Under the pieces are notes generated by a model, which searched no databases, was not told the origin of the DNA, and worked only from the letters and a program-made list of their open reading frames with translations. A stretch of 64,000 bases of DNA from an uncultured Oscillospiraceae bacterium. Its GTDB lineage: Bacteria > Bacillota > Clostridia > Oscillospirales > Ruminococcaceae. The stretch lies in assembly GCA_964371725.1 (NCBI GenBank), contig CAYJNQ010000004.1, positions 25,695-89,694 of the forward strand. The letters are read 5' to 3'. Every line of letters starts with the position of its first letter. Position 1 is the first letter of the stretch. A program made the position numbers and the translations under genes. Positions 19,792 through 28,170 of this stretch are shown here, in pieces.

Positions 19792-20519
19792 CGTTTATAG
19801 CCTCGGTCTGTCACCATTTTACCGAGCACTTCGCGCGTGGCTTCGCAGCCCACAAACACCGTTGTGAACATATCTACCTTGGCGTCTCGAAGCTGAGCCA
19901 AAGACAAAAGGCAAGTTTCCTCTCCCTCTCTGCCAATGTTTTTCACATATCCGCACAGGGTTTTCGGGCTTTTGTGTTGCAGCAATATATCGCAAGCCTT
20001 TTGCAGGTAATCGCTGCGTTTTTTGCTGGAAGGGTTGTAAAGGCAAACGGCAAAATCTCCCTGCGCCGCACAGGCAAGGCGTTTTTCTATTTTTTCCCAC
20101 GGCGTAAGCAAATCGCTAAGCGAGATAACGGCAAAATCACTTGTGAGCGGTGCACCCAAAATAGCACCGCCGCTTAGCGCCGCCGTTACACCGGGCACCA
20201 CTTCCAATTGAACCTGCGGATATTTTTCTGCCAAATCGTATAATAGCCCGGCCATGCCATACACCACACTGTCTCCACTGCACACCATGACCACATTTTT
20301 GCCCTTGTCTGCCTCTTGTAATGCAAGCTCGCAGCGTTTTGTCTCCTGTTTCATGGCCGTGCTCATCACCTCACGGTTTTCATGATACTGTTTTACCAGC
20401 TCCACATACACCGTGTAGCCCACAATCACTTCGCATTTTTCCAGCGCCGCCTTCGCCTGCTCTGTCAGATACTCTTTTGCCCCGGGGCCGATGCCCACCG
20501 CAACCAGCTTTTTTTCCAT
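19788..20519 (-). CDS. cbiH: cobalt-precorrin-3B C17-methyltransferase
   Basis: The tetrapyrrole-methylase motif VAVGIGPGAKEYLT, plus its position between cbiG and cbiJ. Confidence 0.9.
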   Translation of the reverse strand: MEKKLVAVGIGPGAKEYLTEQAKAALEKCEVIVGYTVYVELVKQYHENREVMSTAMKQETKRCELALQEADKGKNVVMVCSGDSVVYGMAGLLYDLAEKYPQVQLEVVPGVTAALSGGAILGAPLTSDFAVISLSDLLTPWEKIEKRLACAAQGDFAVCLYNPSSKKRSDYLQKACDILLQHKSPKTLCGYVKNIGREGEETCLLSLAQLRDAKVDMFTTVFVGCEATREVLGKMVTDRGYKR

Positions 20520-20528
20520 ACCGTCTCC

Positions 20529-21500
20529 TCACTCAAAATGAAGTTTTAACCTTGTTTGCCCCACAGCCATGCTCACGCCGTTTTTCGTTGTTTTTTTCAC
20601 CACAATATGGTCAGCCATCTTGGCCGCGCTGCGCTCGCAAACATTGTCCACCCCTGTGGTTTTTTCAACAAAGGCCGAGGCCGTGAACTGCCCGGGAACC
20701 CGCCCGAGCTCCTCTGCCGAAAAGGTGTGAAATGGGAGGCGGTGTGTTTTGCAAAAAGCCAAAAGGCCGCCTTCGTCTTTCTTTAAATCCAGGCTGGCCA
20801 CAGCAAAAAAAGCTTCCTCGCAAATTTCTTTCGTAATCTCTGCAAATAGGGCTTCTATGTCGGCCTCACTGCTTCCCTTTTTACAACCAACCCCCAAAAC
20901 GCAACACCTTGGTATGATGTGCAGCTTGCTTTCGCCCTTTTGCACATTTGCGCCAATATACACCTCGGCCGGCTGTGCCCAAAACAACCCGTTTGGCAGG
21001 CTGCTTGTTTCTACTTCATCTGCCTCCAAAGAAACCGCTTCCCCTTTCAAAATTTTGGCAGATACCTGTTTTATCTTCCCAATATCCTGTATTTTCATGC
21101 CGTTTTGCGCCGCCCAATCGTCGATGGCAAACACACCGTGCACATCGGTTGCCGTGGTTACAACCGGCGTTGCCCCGATGGCCGCTTCGATGCGCCGCGC
21201 CAGCCGGTTTGCCCCGCCGATGTGTCCGCTGAGTAAGGGGATGGCAAATTGCCCTCCTTCGTCCAGCACCACCACGGCGGGATCTGTGCCCTTTGAGCAA
21301 ACATAGGGTGCAACCGCACGCACCGCTATGCCCACGGCGCCGATGAACACAAGGCTTTCGCCCTGCTTAAAATGGTTTTGCACAAACGTTTTGTAGCGCC
21401 CCTGTCTACCATCTGTGGCTGTCAAATTCAGCCCGCTTTTGCCCAATTTTTCGGCAAGCAGTCGCCCGGTTTCCGTGAAATAAACTGCCTCAATGCTCAT
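20529..21500 (-). CDS. cbiG: cobalt-precorrin-5A hydrolase
   Basis: CbiG-like N, middle and C regions (MSIEAVYFTETG..., ASLDLKKDE...). The start is trimmed to ATG 21500. Confidence 0.85.
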   Translation of the reverse strand: MSIEAVYFTETGRLLAEKLGKSGLNLTATDGRQGRYKTFVQNHFKQGESLVFIGAVGIAVRAVAPYVCSKGTDPAVVVLDEGGQFAIPLLSGHIGGANRLARRIEAAIGATPVVTTATDVHGVFAIDDWAAQNGMKIQDIGKIKQVSAKILKGEAVSLEADEVETSSLPNGLFWAQPAEVYIGANVQKGESKLHIIPRCCVLGVGCKKGSSEADIEALFAEITKEICEEAFFAVASLDLKKDEGGLLAFCKTHRLPFHTFSAEELGRVPGQFTASAFVEKTTGVDNVCERSAAKMADHIVVKKTTKNGVSMAVGQTRLKLHFE

Positions 21501-22245
21501 TTGTTTTTTCCCTAAATTCGGTTGAAAACCCGGGGTCATACAATTTAGAGCGCTCGTACCCGCCTTGCAAAAACCCGCCCACCGTGATGAGAGCCGTTTT
21601 GGTAATGCCGTTTTCTTTTGCTGTTTTGGCCAGTGTATCCACAGTGCAACGGAAAGTTTTTTCGTCCGGCCAAGTGGCCTTGTACACAATGGCCGCCGGC
21701 GAATGGGGGGCGTATCCCCCTTTTATCAACGCTGCCTCCAGCTTTTCCAAAAGGCCTGTGCTTAAGAAAATAACCATGGTGCTGCCATGGGCCGCCAGTT
21801 TCTCAATGTCCTCTTGCGGCGGCACCGGTGTTCTGCCGGCCATTCTTGTGATGATGACGGTTTGGCTTACATTGGGCAAGGTATACTCGGCCTGTAAAGC
21901 CGCCGCCGCACCGCAAAAACTAGAGACGCCCGGCGTGTAATCGTAGGGGATGGAAAGCTCCTGCAGGGCATCCATCTGTTCCCGAATGGCCCCGTACAAG
22001 CATGGGTCGCCCGTATGCAGCCGCACAACACTTTTCTCCCGATTTTCTTCCATCACACACAGCACTTGCTCCAAAGTCATTTCGGCACTGTTGTGCAAAA
22101 GACACTCTTTTTTTGCCAATTCTAAAAGTTCCGGGTTCACAAGGCTACCCGCATAGATGATGACATCTGCCTTTTCTATGAGCTTTGCACCCCGCAGCGT
22201 AATCAAATCCACAGCGCCGCTGCCTGCTCCCACAAAATGAACCAT
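21490..22245 (-). CDS. cbiF: cobalt-precorrin-4 C11-methyltransferase
   Basis: MVHFVGAGSGAVDLITLRG...IIYAGSLV. Confidence 0.9.
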   Translation of the reverse strand: MVHFVGAGSGAVDLITLRGAKLIEKADVIIYAGSLVNPELLELAKKECLLHNSAEMTLEQVLCVMEENREKSVVRLHTGDPCLYGAIREQMDALQELSIPYDYTPGVSSFCGAAAALQAEYTLPNVSQTVIITRMAGRTPVPPQEDIEKLAAHGSTMVIFLSTGLLEKLEAALIKGGYAPHSPAAIVYKATWPDEKTFRCTVDTLAKTAKENGITKTALITVGGFLQGGYERSKLYDPGFSTEFREKTNEH

Positions 22246-22248
22246 GTT

Positions 22249-22938
22249 TTACTCTCCTCTCACCACAATCGTGGCAAAATACCCCATGTTGTCTTGTGCC
22301 TCGTCCAAAGAATGGCAAATGGTTTCGCTTTCTAGCCCGCAATCACTGATGAGGCTCGCTTTATCATATAGGCCCGCCTCTTTGAGAGCCCGTTTTACTT
22401 CCCCGAGCTCCCTGCCCGCTTTCATCAGCACCTTCGTGCCTTTCAAGCGCAAGGCTTCCTCGGTGCACCCGTGGCTAGCCGGAATGATGTGCAGCGGCTC
22501 GTTCATTGTGGTGAGGCTCACTTTCAGTTTGGCCGCAATGGCACAAAAGGACGTAACCCCCGGCACCACCTCTGCCTCATACCCCATCGCCTCGATGCGT
22601 GCCAGTATATAGCTGAAAGTGGAAAAAACGGAGGCATCTCCCAAGTTGAGCATGGCCACATCCCGGTTCCTGTCCAATTTTTCTGCAACAAGCTTGGCAA
22701 GCTCGGCGTGCCGCGCCTGCTGCGCCTGCTTATCGCGCGTCATCAAAAATGTAAGCGGCACAATTTCTTTATCGTCTGCACACACAACGCCCTTTGCAAT
22801 TTGAAGCGCCAGCATATTCCCCTCTTGTGTGGCAGGTGTGGCCCACACGGGGCAGTTTTCCAGCACACGCACGGCCTTCAATGTCAAAAGCTCCGCTTCT
22901 CCGGGCCCCACGCTCACACCGTAAAATTTTCCACTCAT
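22249..22938 (-). CDS. cbiL: cobalt-precorrin-2 C20-methyltransferase
   Basis: FYGVSVGPGEAELLTLKAVRVL. Confidence 0.9.
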   Translation of the reverse strand: MSGKFYGVSVGPGEAELLTLKAVRVLENCPVWATPATQEGNMLALQIAKGVVCADDKEIVPLTFLMTRDKQAQQARHAELAKLVAEKLDRNRDVAMLNLGDASVFSTFSYILARIEAMGYEAEVVPGVTSFCAIAAKLKVSLTTMNEPLHIIPASHGCTEEALRLKGTKVLMKAGRELGEVKRALKEAGLYDKASLISDCGLESETICHSLDEAQDNMGYFATIVVRGE

Positions 22939-24059
22939 TTGTCTGCTCCGTTTCCCAAAATTTCATATGCCGTTTCGGTTGTGCCAATGTGCCCATGCAC
23001 ATGGCTAAAGGTGATTGCCCCCACACGCAAGGAGCTATGTGCCTTGAGATGCCGCTGTATTTTGCAAAGCAGCGATGCCACAACCGGTTTATAGATGTTT
23101 TCTCTTTTTAAGATGTCCAAAGCGCTGTCCACACTGACACACTGCATCAGCTCTTTGGCCGTTGCGTTAGAAATACCCGCCATGGCCGCATGGGCCGTTA
23201 TGATTTCCAAGCGTGCATCGGCCATTTTGGAGTGGGTGTTCATAATCCCTCCGGCCAATTTCACAAGCTTGCCAAAATGCCCCACCAAAAGCACGTTTTC
23301 AATGTCTTTTCTGGCCGCCATATCCAAAGTGTCTCCAATGAAATTGGAACACTTCACGGCAGGCATGCCACACAACACTTCGTGTTTTTGGATATAATCC
23401 TCTCCATAATTCCCCGGGGTGAGCAAGATGGTTTTGGCACCCGCAGCCACCTGCACATTCAGCTCCGCCTCTATGCTCTGTTTCAGCGCCTTCACGCTCA
23501 TCGGCTCCACAATGCCGCTTGTGCCCAACACTGAGACCCCCCCCACAATGCCGAGGTTTGGATTGAAGGTTTTTTTCGCCAATTCCTCCCCGTTTTCCAC
23601 ACTTACCACAACGGAAAAACCGCCTTCATAGCCCGTTTGCCGTGCCACCGCCAAAAGCTCTGCTTCTATCATGCGGCGCGGCACCGAATTGATGGCCGCC
23701 TGCCCCACCGCTTGGTCAAGCCCAGGTTTTGTCACGCGGCCCACACCGTGCCCGCCTTCTATGCAAACACCACCGGGCGAGAGCCAAAGTTCGGTTACGA
23801 CAACGGCACCATGCGTCACATCCACATCGTCTCCACCGTCTTTCACCACACGGCACATGGCTTTCTCTTGCCCCAAAACCACATCTACTTCGGCCAACAC
23901 CTGTAGACCTTTCGGCACTGTAACCCGCACACTGTCTGCCTTTTCCCCCTTCAAAAGTGCCAAAGCGCAGGCCTTCGCCCCCATGGCCGCACAGGTTCCT
24001 GTGGTGAAACCGCAACGCAGCTTTTTTTCTCCCACAAAACGATAGTGTTCCCACCTCAT
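22935..24059 (-). CDS. cbiD: cobalt-precorrin-5B C1-methyltransferase
   Basis: LRCGFTTGTCAA hallmark. ATG 24059 forms an ATGA overlap with the stop of the cbiO::cbiK ORF. Confidence 0.9.
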   Translation of the reverse strand: MRWEHYRFVGEKKLRCGFTTGTCAAMGAKACALALLKGEKADSVRVTVPKGLQVLAEVDVVLGQEKAMCRVVKDGGDDVDVTHGAVVVTELWLSPGGVCIEGGHGVGRVTKPGLDQAVGQAAINSVPRRMIEAELLAVARQTGYEGGFSVVVSVENGEELAKKTFNPNLGIVGGVSVLGTSGIVEPMSVKALKQSIEAELNVQVAAGAKTILLTPGNYGEDYIQKHEVLCGMPAVKCSNFIGDTLDMAARKDIENVLLVGHFGKLVKLAGGIMNTHSKMADARLEIITAHAAMAGISNATAKELMQCVSVDSALDILKRENIYKPVVASLLCKIQRHLKAHSSLRVGAITFSHVHGHIGTTETAYEILGNGADK

Positions 24060-25672
24060 GGTTGCATTGCCTGTTTCACATGCTCCACATACATATCCAG
24101 AACCCCTTGGTATTCGCCAAGCCCTTTTAAAATCGTGCACACGTTCATACCGTTTGCCTCAAACATAGATTTCCAGCTGTCCTCTTCACCCGCCATGTCG
24201 TTCATGGCATGGTCTCCCGCCACCAGCATAAGCGGAGCCATTACTACATTTTGGTATCCCTGTGCGCGTTTAAGCACATCTTCTCCGTTTGGCACCCCTT
24301 CCACAGTGCCCACGAAAACATCGTGGTGCCCCTGTTTTTCGAACTGAGCCTGCATATCGCCATACACGCGATTTTCCCTGTGTGCCGAACCATGCCCCAT
24401 AAGCACCAAACAAGCATCACTCGGTTTTTCAATGTTGTGCGCCAAAATGTTTGCCAATTGTGCTTTGTCCTCATCGGTGGCCAAGAGAGGGCTTCCTATT
24501 TTGATAGATTCAAATTCTCCCTGCCATTTTTGTACATCTGCCACCAGTTTTTCATATTCGATGCCCGCCATCAGATGGGTAGGTTGCACCACAATGTCGC
24601 CAATGCCCTCTTGCAAAAAATGTTGCAAAGCCTCGCTTACCGTGTCCACGTGAATGCCACGGCTTGCCAGCTTTTTGATAATCATGCCGCTTGTGAACGC
24701 ACGCCTTATTTTGTGGTTCCCAAAATGCTCTTCTATAGTCTTTTCAACGGCCTCAATGCTTGATTGCGCCCCCTTGTAACCGGTGCCGAAACTCACCACC
24801 AAAATGCCCTGCATTGCCTGCACACCCCTCTTATCCATTTCTTTTTCTTTGCTTAGCAACCCTTCCAGCTCGCTTAATTCTTTGGGTGCCGAAAACGGTG
24901 TTCTCAAAATGCCCTGTTGTTTTAACATGCGTGTAACTTCGCAGAGAATCGGCCGGCGTAACCCTGCCGTTTGCAGAACCTTTTCATCGGAAAACACTTG
25001 CTCCGGCGATCCATCCCGCAAAATTTTCCCCGCGTGAAACACAATTACTCTATCGGCCCAGTTCCAGGCAAAATCGATATCATGTGTGGAAACCACCAGC
25101 GTTTTTTCCTGCTCGTGCAAGCGATGCAAGATTTGCACGAGCACCCTTGTATTTTGTGCATCCAATGAGGCCGTTGGTTCATCAAACAGGATGATTTCGC
25201 TTTCCATTGCCAAAATATCGGCAATGCTCACCCGCTTTTTTTCGCCCCCACTCAACTCGTGCGGCGGGCGCTTGCGCAAACTTTCAAGCCCCATATACTC
25301 AATGGATTGTGTCACTCTTTCCTGCACCGCTGCCTTATGAAGCCCCAAATTCATGGGCCCAAACGATATTTCTTCCTCCACGGTAGACGCAATGATTTGA
25401 TCGTCTGCATCTTGAAACACAAGACCCACCGCACGCCTGAGCAAAAGTAATTCTTTTCGTTTGTATGAAATTTGCTTTCCATTTAAAAGAATCTGCCCGC
25501 TTTCGGCTTTTAAAACACCGTTGCAACATAGGAAAAAAGTGGATTTCCCCGAACCATTGTTGCCTAAAACAGCCACGCGTTCGCCTTTTTTCAACATGAC
25601 GCTGACATCGCTTAACGCGTAGACACCCTCCTCATAACTATGGTACATGTTTTTTATATCCAGTATCGCCAT
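24056..25672 (-). CDS. cbiO-cbiK: in-frame fusion: ECF cobalt-transporter ATPase (CbiO) + sirohydrochlorin cobaltochelatase (CbiK)
   Basis: One open frame. The N-terminal part has GNNGSGKST (Walker A), LSGGEKKR and ILFDEPTASLD. A KEKEMDKRGVQA linker follows. From MQGILVVSFGT (ATG 24814) onward it is a full-length CbiK-like domain (VVQPTHLMAGIEYE, LVLMGHGS, APLMLVAGDHA). Confidence 0.85.
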   Translation of the reverse strand: MAILDIKNMYHSYEEGVYALSDVSVMLKKGERVAVLGNNGSGKSTFFLCCNGVLKAESGQILLNGKQISYKRKELLLLRRAVGLVFQDADDQIIASTVEEEISFGPMNLGLHKAAVQERVTQSIEYMGLESLRKRPPHELSGGEKKRVSIADILAMESEIILFDEPTASLDAQNTRVLVQILHRLHEQEKTLVVSTHDIDFAWNWADRVIVFHAGKILRDGSPEQVFSDEKVLQTAGLRRPILCEVTRMLKQQGILRTPFSAPKELSELEGLLSKEKEMDKRGVQAMQGILVVSFGTGYKGAQSSIEAVEKTIEEHFGNHKIRRAFTSGMIIKKLASRGIHVDTVSEALQHFLQEGIGDIVVQPTHLMAGIEYEKLVADVQKWQGEFESIKIGSPLLATDEDKAQLANILAHNIEKPSDACLVLMGHGSAHRENRVYGDMQAQFEKQGHHDVFVGTVEGVPNGEDVLKRAQGYQNVVMAPLMLVAGDHAMNDMAGEEDSWKSMFEANGMNVCTILKGLGEYQGVLDMYVEHVKQAMQP

Positions 25673-26592
25673 GCCACAACCCCTGTTTCCAAAACAATCC
25701 ACAACAGCACTGTTCCCGTGAACACGGCTACCGCCGCCGCCACCTGAGCGGGTTTCACCTGCTGTGTGTGTGTCAAAAAGGCAATTTCGCCCTCATAGCA
25801 CCTCGATTCCATTGCATCGAAGCTTGTGCTTGCGCGCTTTAAAGAACGAATTAGCAAATGAAAGCCAATTCCGAAAAAAGACGCATATCCGGCGCGTAAA
25901 TTGGCATTCCCAAGCCTTGCTTTTGCAGCCGTGTTCATGGCGGCAAGCATGGCCACTACCACGAAGATATAACGATAGGTCAGGTAAAGAAGCTCTACAA
26001 GCACCGAGGGAATCTTCGCTTTTCTAAGAACAGATAACACCTCCGACATCGGCGTTGAAAAGCTAAGCATATACAGGCAACTCACGGCCGAAAACGATTT
26101 GAGCACGATGGCCACCGCATGTTCTTGCCCGGCTTTTGTAATGCCCATATAACCCTTGTGCCACACCATGTCTTCATACAAAAACGGCGTTGATGAAAAA
26201 TCCACAGCCAATGTAATGCTACCCAGCAAAATGAACAACCCCGGCACAAAAAGGGCCGATAGATAGTATGCCGGCTTTGTTTTCCCCAAAAACAGTGTAA
26301 TTGCCGACATCGTGATGAGCACAAAGGCAACCACCACATTCAAAGGACAGGCCACCGTTAGAAAAAGCATTGCCAGCGCGAAGACTATTTTGATTTGTGG
26401 GCTCACACCCCTAAGTTTTGAGTGTTGCGCATAATAATCTATGGAAATAAATCGTCCGTGTGTGTTCCCTTTTTTTTGAATAAAAAACAGTGCAACGCCC
26501 ACGAGAACGCTGAAACCCACACAGAGATAAGCATATGCCTCGTTGTATGTTAAAACAAGCAAGGCTACCGCACTCAGCACGGAAAGCATCAT
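25654..26592 (-). CDS. cbiQ: ECF transporter transmembrane (T) component CbiQ, with ~45-aa N-terminal hydrophobic extension
   Basis: Polytopic protein. ATG 26592 forms an ATGA overlap with the cbiN stop. The usual CbiQ start region (IDYYAQHSKLRGVSPQIKIVFA) begins near residue 50. Confidence 0.85.
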   Translation of the reverse strand: MMLSVLSAVALLVLTYNEAYAYLCVGFSVLVGVALFFIQKKGNTHGRFISIDYYAQHSKLRGVSPQIKIVFALAMLFLTVACPLNVVVAFVLITMSAITLFLGKTKPAYYLSALFVPGLFILLGSITLAVDFSSTPFLYEDMVWHKGYMGITKAGQEHAVAIVLKSFSAVSCLYMLSFSTPMSEVLSVLRKAKIPSVLVELLYLTYRYIFVVVAMLAAMNTAAKARLGNANLRAGYASFFGIGFHLLIRSLKRASTSFDAMESRCYEGEIAFLTHTQQVKPAQVAAAVAVFTGTVLLWIVLETGVVAWRYWI

Positions 26593-26900
26593 GATTTTGT
26601 CTCGTCTTTTGTTTTTGATTTATCCTTCTTCCTCGCCACAAAATAACCCATGGCAAAGCCGAATACACCGGCTCCAAGGGCCGCTTGCAGGCTAAACAAA
26701 AGGCTTTCTGTTTCACCACCCGGTGGCTCGATGGCATTGCTTGCCCATGACTCATACTCCGGAGACACCACCGCCACCACCTCTTCGGCCTGTCCGTCTG
26801 CACCGCCAAACTCGGAATCTTGAATCAAAACCAAGGGAATCACCGCCAAAGCCACAATTGCAAGCAGCGAAGCCAAAACCAGTACGCTTGTTTTTTTCAT
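26589..26900 (-). CDS. cbiN: cobalt transport protein CbiN
   Basis: 103 aa with two terminal TM helices flanking an acidic extracytoplasmic loop; located between cbiM and cbiQ. Confidence 0.85.
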   Translation of the reverse strand: MKKTSVLVLASLLAIVALAVIPLVLIQDSEFGGADGQAEEVVAVVSPEYESWASNAIEPPGGETESLLFSLQAALGAGVFGFAMGYFVARKKDKSKTKDETKS

Positions 26901-27649
26901 GAAACGCGCTCCTTTACAAAGCCAATTTGCTTGAGCTCAGGGCCTGCGTAGGCCTTCAAAGCGATAACCACCACCATCGTAAGCAAACCCTCAATAATAG
27001 AAAGCGGCACCTGTGTTAGGGCAAATACGCCCAAAAACTCGGCCAAGGAAGCCGCCACACCACCGGTTTGCGAAGGGTGTGCCAATGCAAGCTGAACACT
27101 GGTAACCAAGTAGGTGGTGAAACTGCCAAGGCCGGCGGCCAAAAACACGCCAAGGTTTTGGTTCCACCTCATGCGCACAAACAAACGGTGAATACCAAAT
27201 GCCACAAAGGGCCCCGCAACAGCCATACTAAAGGTGTTTGCCCCAAGGGTGGTTATCCCGCCATGTGCCAGCAACAGTGCTTGAAAAAGCAACACCATGA
27301 GGCCGATTACCGCCGTCACCGCAGGCCCGAACAAAATGGCGCTGAGACCGGTTCCGGTTGGATGGCTCGACGAACCCGTAACGCTGGGAATTTTTAAGGC
27401 CGAAAGGGCAAATGCATAGGCTGCCACCATGGCCAACATGATGAGACTTTTCCGTTGTTCTTGAACTATTTTTTTTATTCTGACAACACCCAGCACAACA
27501 AAAGGAAAGCTAACGACACTCCACGCAATGCTGTAGCCTATCGGCAAAAACCCTTCCATGATGTGCATGGCCGCGGCATTTGGTAAAACAACCATACACA
27601 AAGCCATCACAAAGGAAAAGGAAACCAGCCATTTTTCAATTTTGGACAC
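26897..27649 (-). CDS. cbiM: cobalt ECF transporter substrate-capture component CbiM
   Basis: The AAAMHIMEGFLP motif follows a signal-like N-terminus. GTG start at 27649 with a GGGGGAGG SD. Confidence 0.9.
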   Translation of the reverse strand: MSKIEKWLVSFSFVMALCMVVLPNAAAMHIMEGFLPIGYSIAWSVVSFPFVVLGVVRIKKIVQEQRKSLIMLAMVAAYAFALSALKIPSVTGSSSHPTGTGLSAILFGPAVTAVIGLMVLLFQALLLAHGGITTLGANTFSMAVAGPFVAFGIHRLFVRMRWNQNLGVFLAAGLGSFTTYLVTSVQLALAHPSQTGGVAASLAEFLGVFALTQVPLSIIEGLLTMVVVIALKAYAGPELKQIGFVKERVS

Positions 27650-27668
27650 GAGATAAAACCTCCCCCAT

Positions 27669-27710
27669 ACACAAAAACGAGTGTGTTGATTTTACAAATC
27701 AACACACTCG
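27669..27710 (-). terminator. intrinsic terminator hairpin = expression platform of the cobalamin riboswitch
   Basis: On the minus strand: CGAGTGTGTTGAT-ttgtaaa-ATCAACACACTCG (13-bp perfect stem) followed by TTTTTGTGT, about 20 nt upstream of the cbiM start. Confidence 0.65.
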
Positions 27711-27799
27711 ACACTTGTCTATTCTACACATTCTTTCTGGTTTGCAATTCCCAAAACGTCAACGATTACGTTTCCAAAGAAAAACTTTCACTAAAAAAA

Positions 27800-28035
27800 G
27801 AAGATGTAAGTCTCCTGACTTGCGCTATTGTGCAACTTCGCACCTGCGGCAACTTCCTACCTTCCCTCGGCCAACTCATCGGCCAAAGTGGCGAACTTTC
27901 GTTCAAGCATCCCTGCTTTGGATTTGCCTCACGCTTACAGTGCCCAAAAGGGCGCGGGGCTTTGCACCCCATTCCATTTACAGTGGCCACCACCTTTTGT
28001 GACAGCCACCGACAAGTTCTTTCATGCTCATTTGT
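27800..28035 (-). ncRNA. cobalamin (B12) riboswitch aptamer
   Basis: The minus strand reads AATGGAATGGGGTGCAAAGCCCCGCGCCC...GGGCACTGTAAGCG ... GCCACTTTGGCC...GAGGGAAGG ... AAGTCAGGAGAC (B12-box-like, 27808..27821). The order and spacing fit the Cbl riboswitch core, and it sits immediately upstream of cbiMNQO. Confidence 0.75.
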
Positions 28036-28041
28036 ATACAT

Positions 28042-28070
28042 ACAATATCATTTTTACAACGAACTGTCAA
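28042..28070 (-). promoter_or_regulatory. sigma-A promoter candidate for the B12 operon (TTGACA-17 nt-TATTGT with TG extension)
   Basis: Minus strand: TTGACA at 28070..28065 and TGATATTGT ending at 28042. Confidence 0.45.
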
Positions 28071-28170
28071 TTCTTCGCAAGGAACTTTGTCACAAAAAAA
28101 TTTCATGGCACAGCCGCAAAGCTAGCACACAACGGTAACGCCGTTTTTTCGGGCAGAACCCCTTTCATTG

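Noticed and set aside
24780-24860. Possibility that the CbiO-CbiK junction is a pseudogene or assembly artefact.
   Set aside because: The frame is continuous with no stop, both domains keep their conserved motifs, and no other chelatase gene exists in the cluster. I therefore kept it as a genuine fusion, while flagging resequencing as the decisive test.
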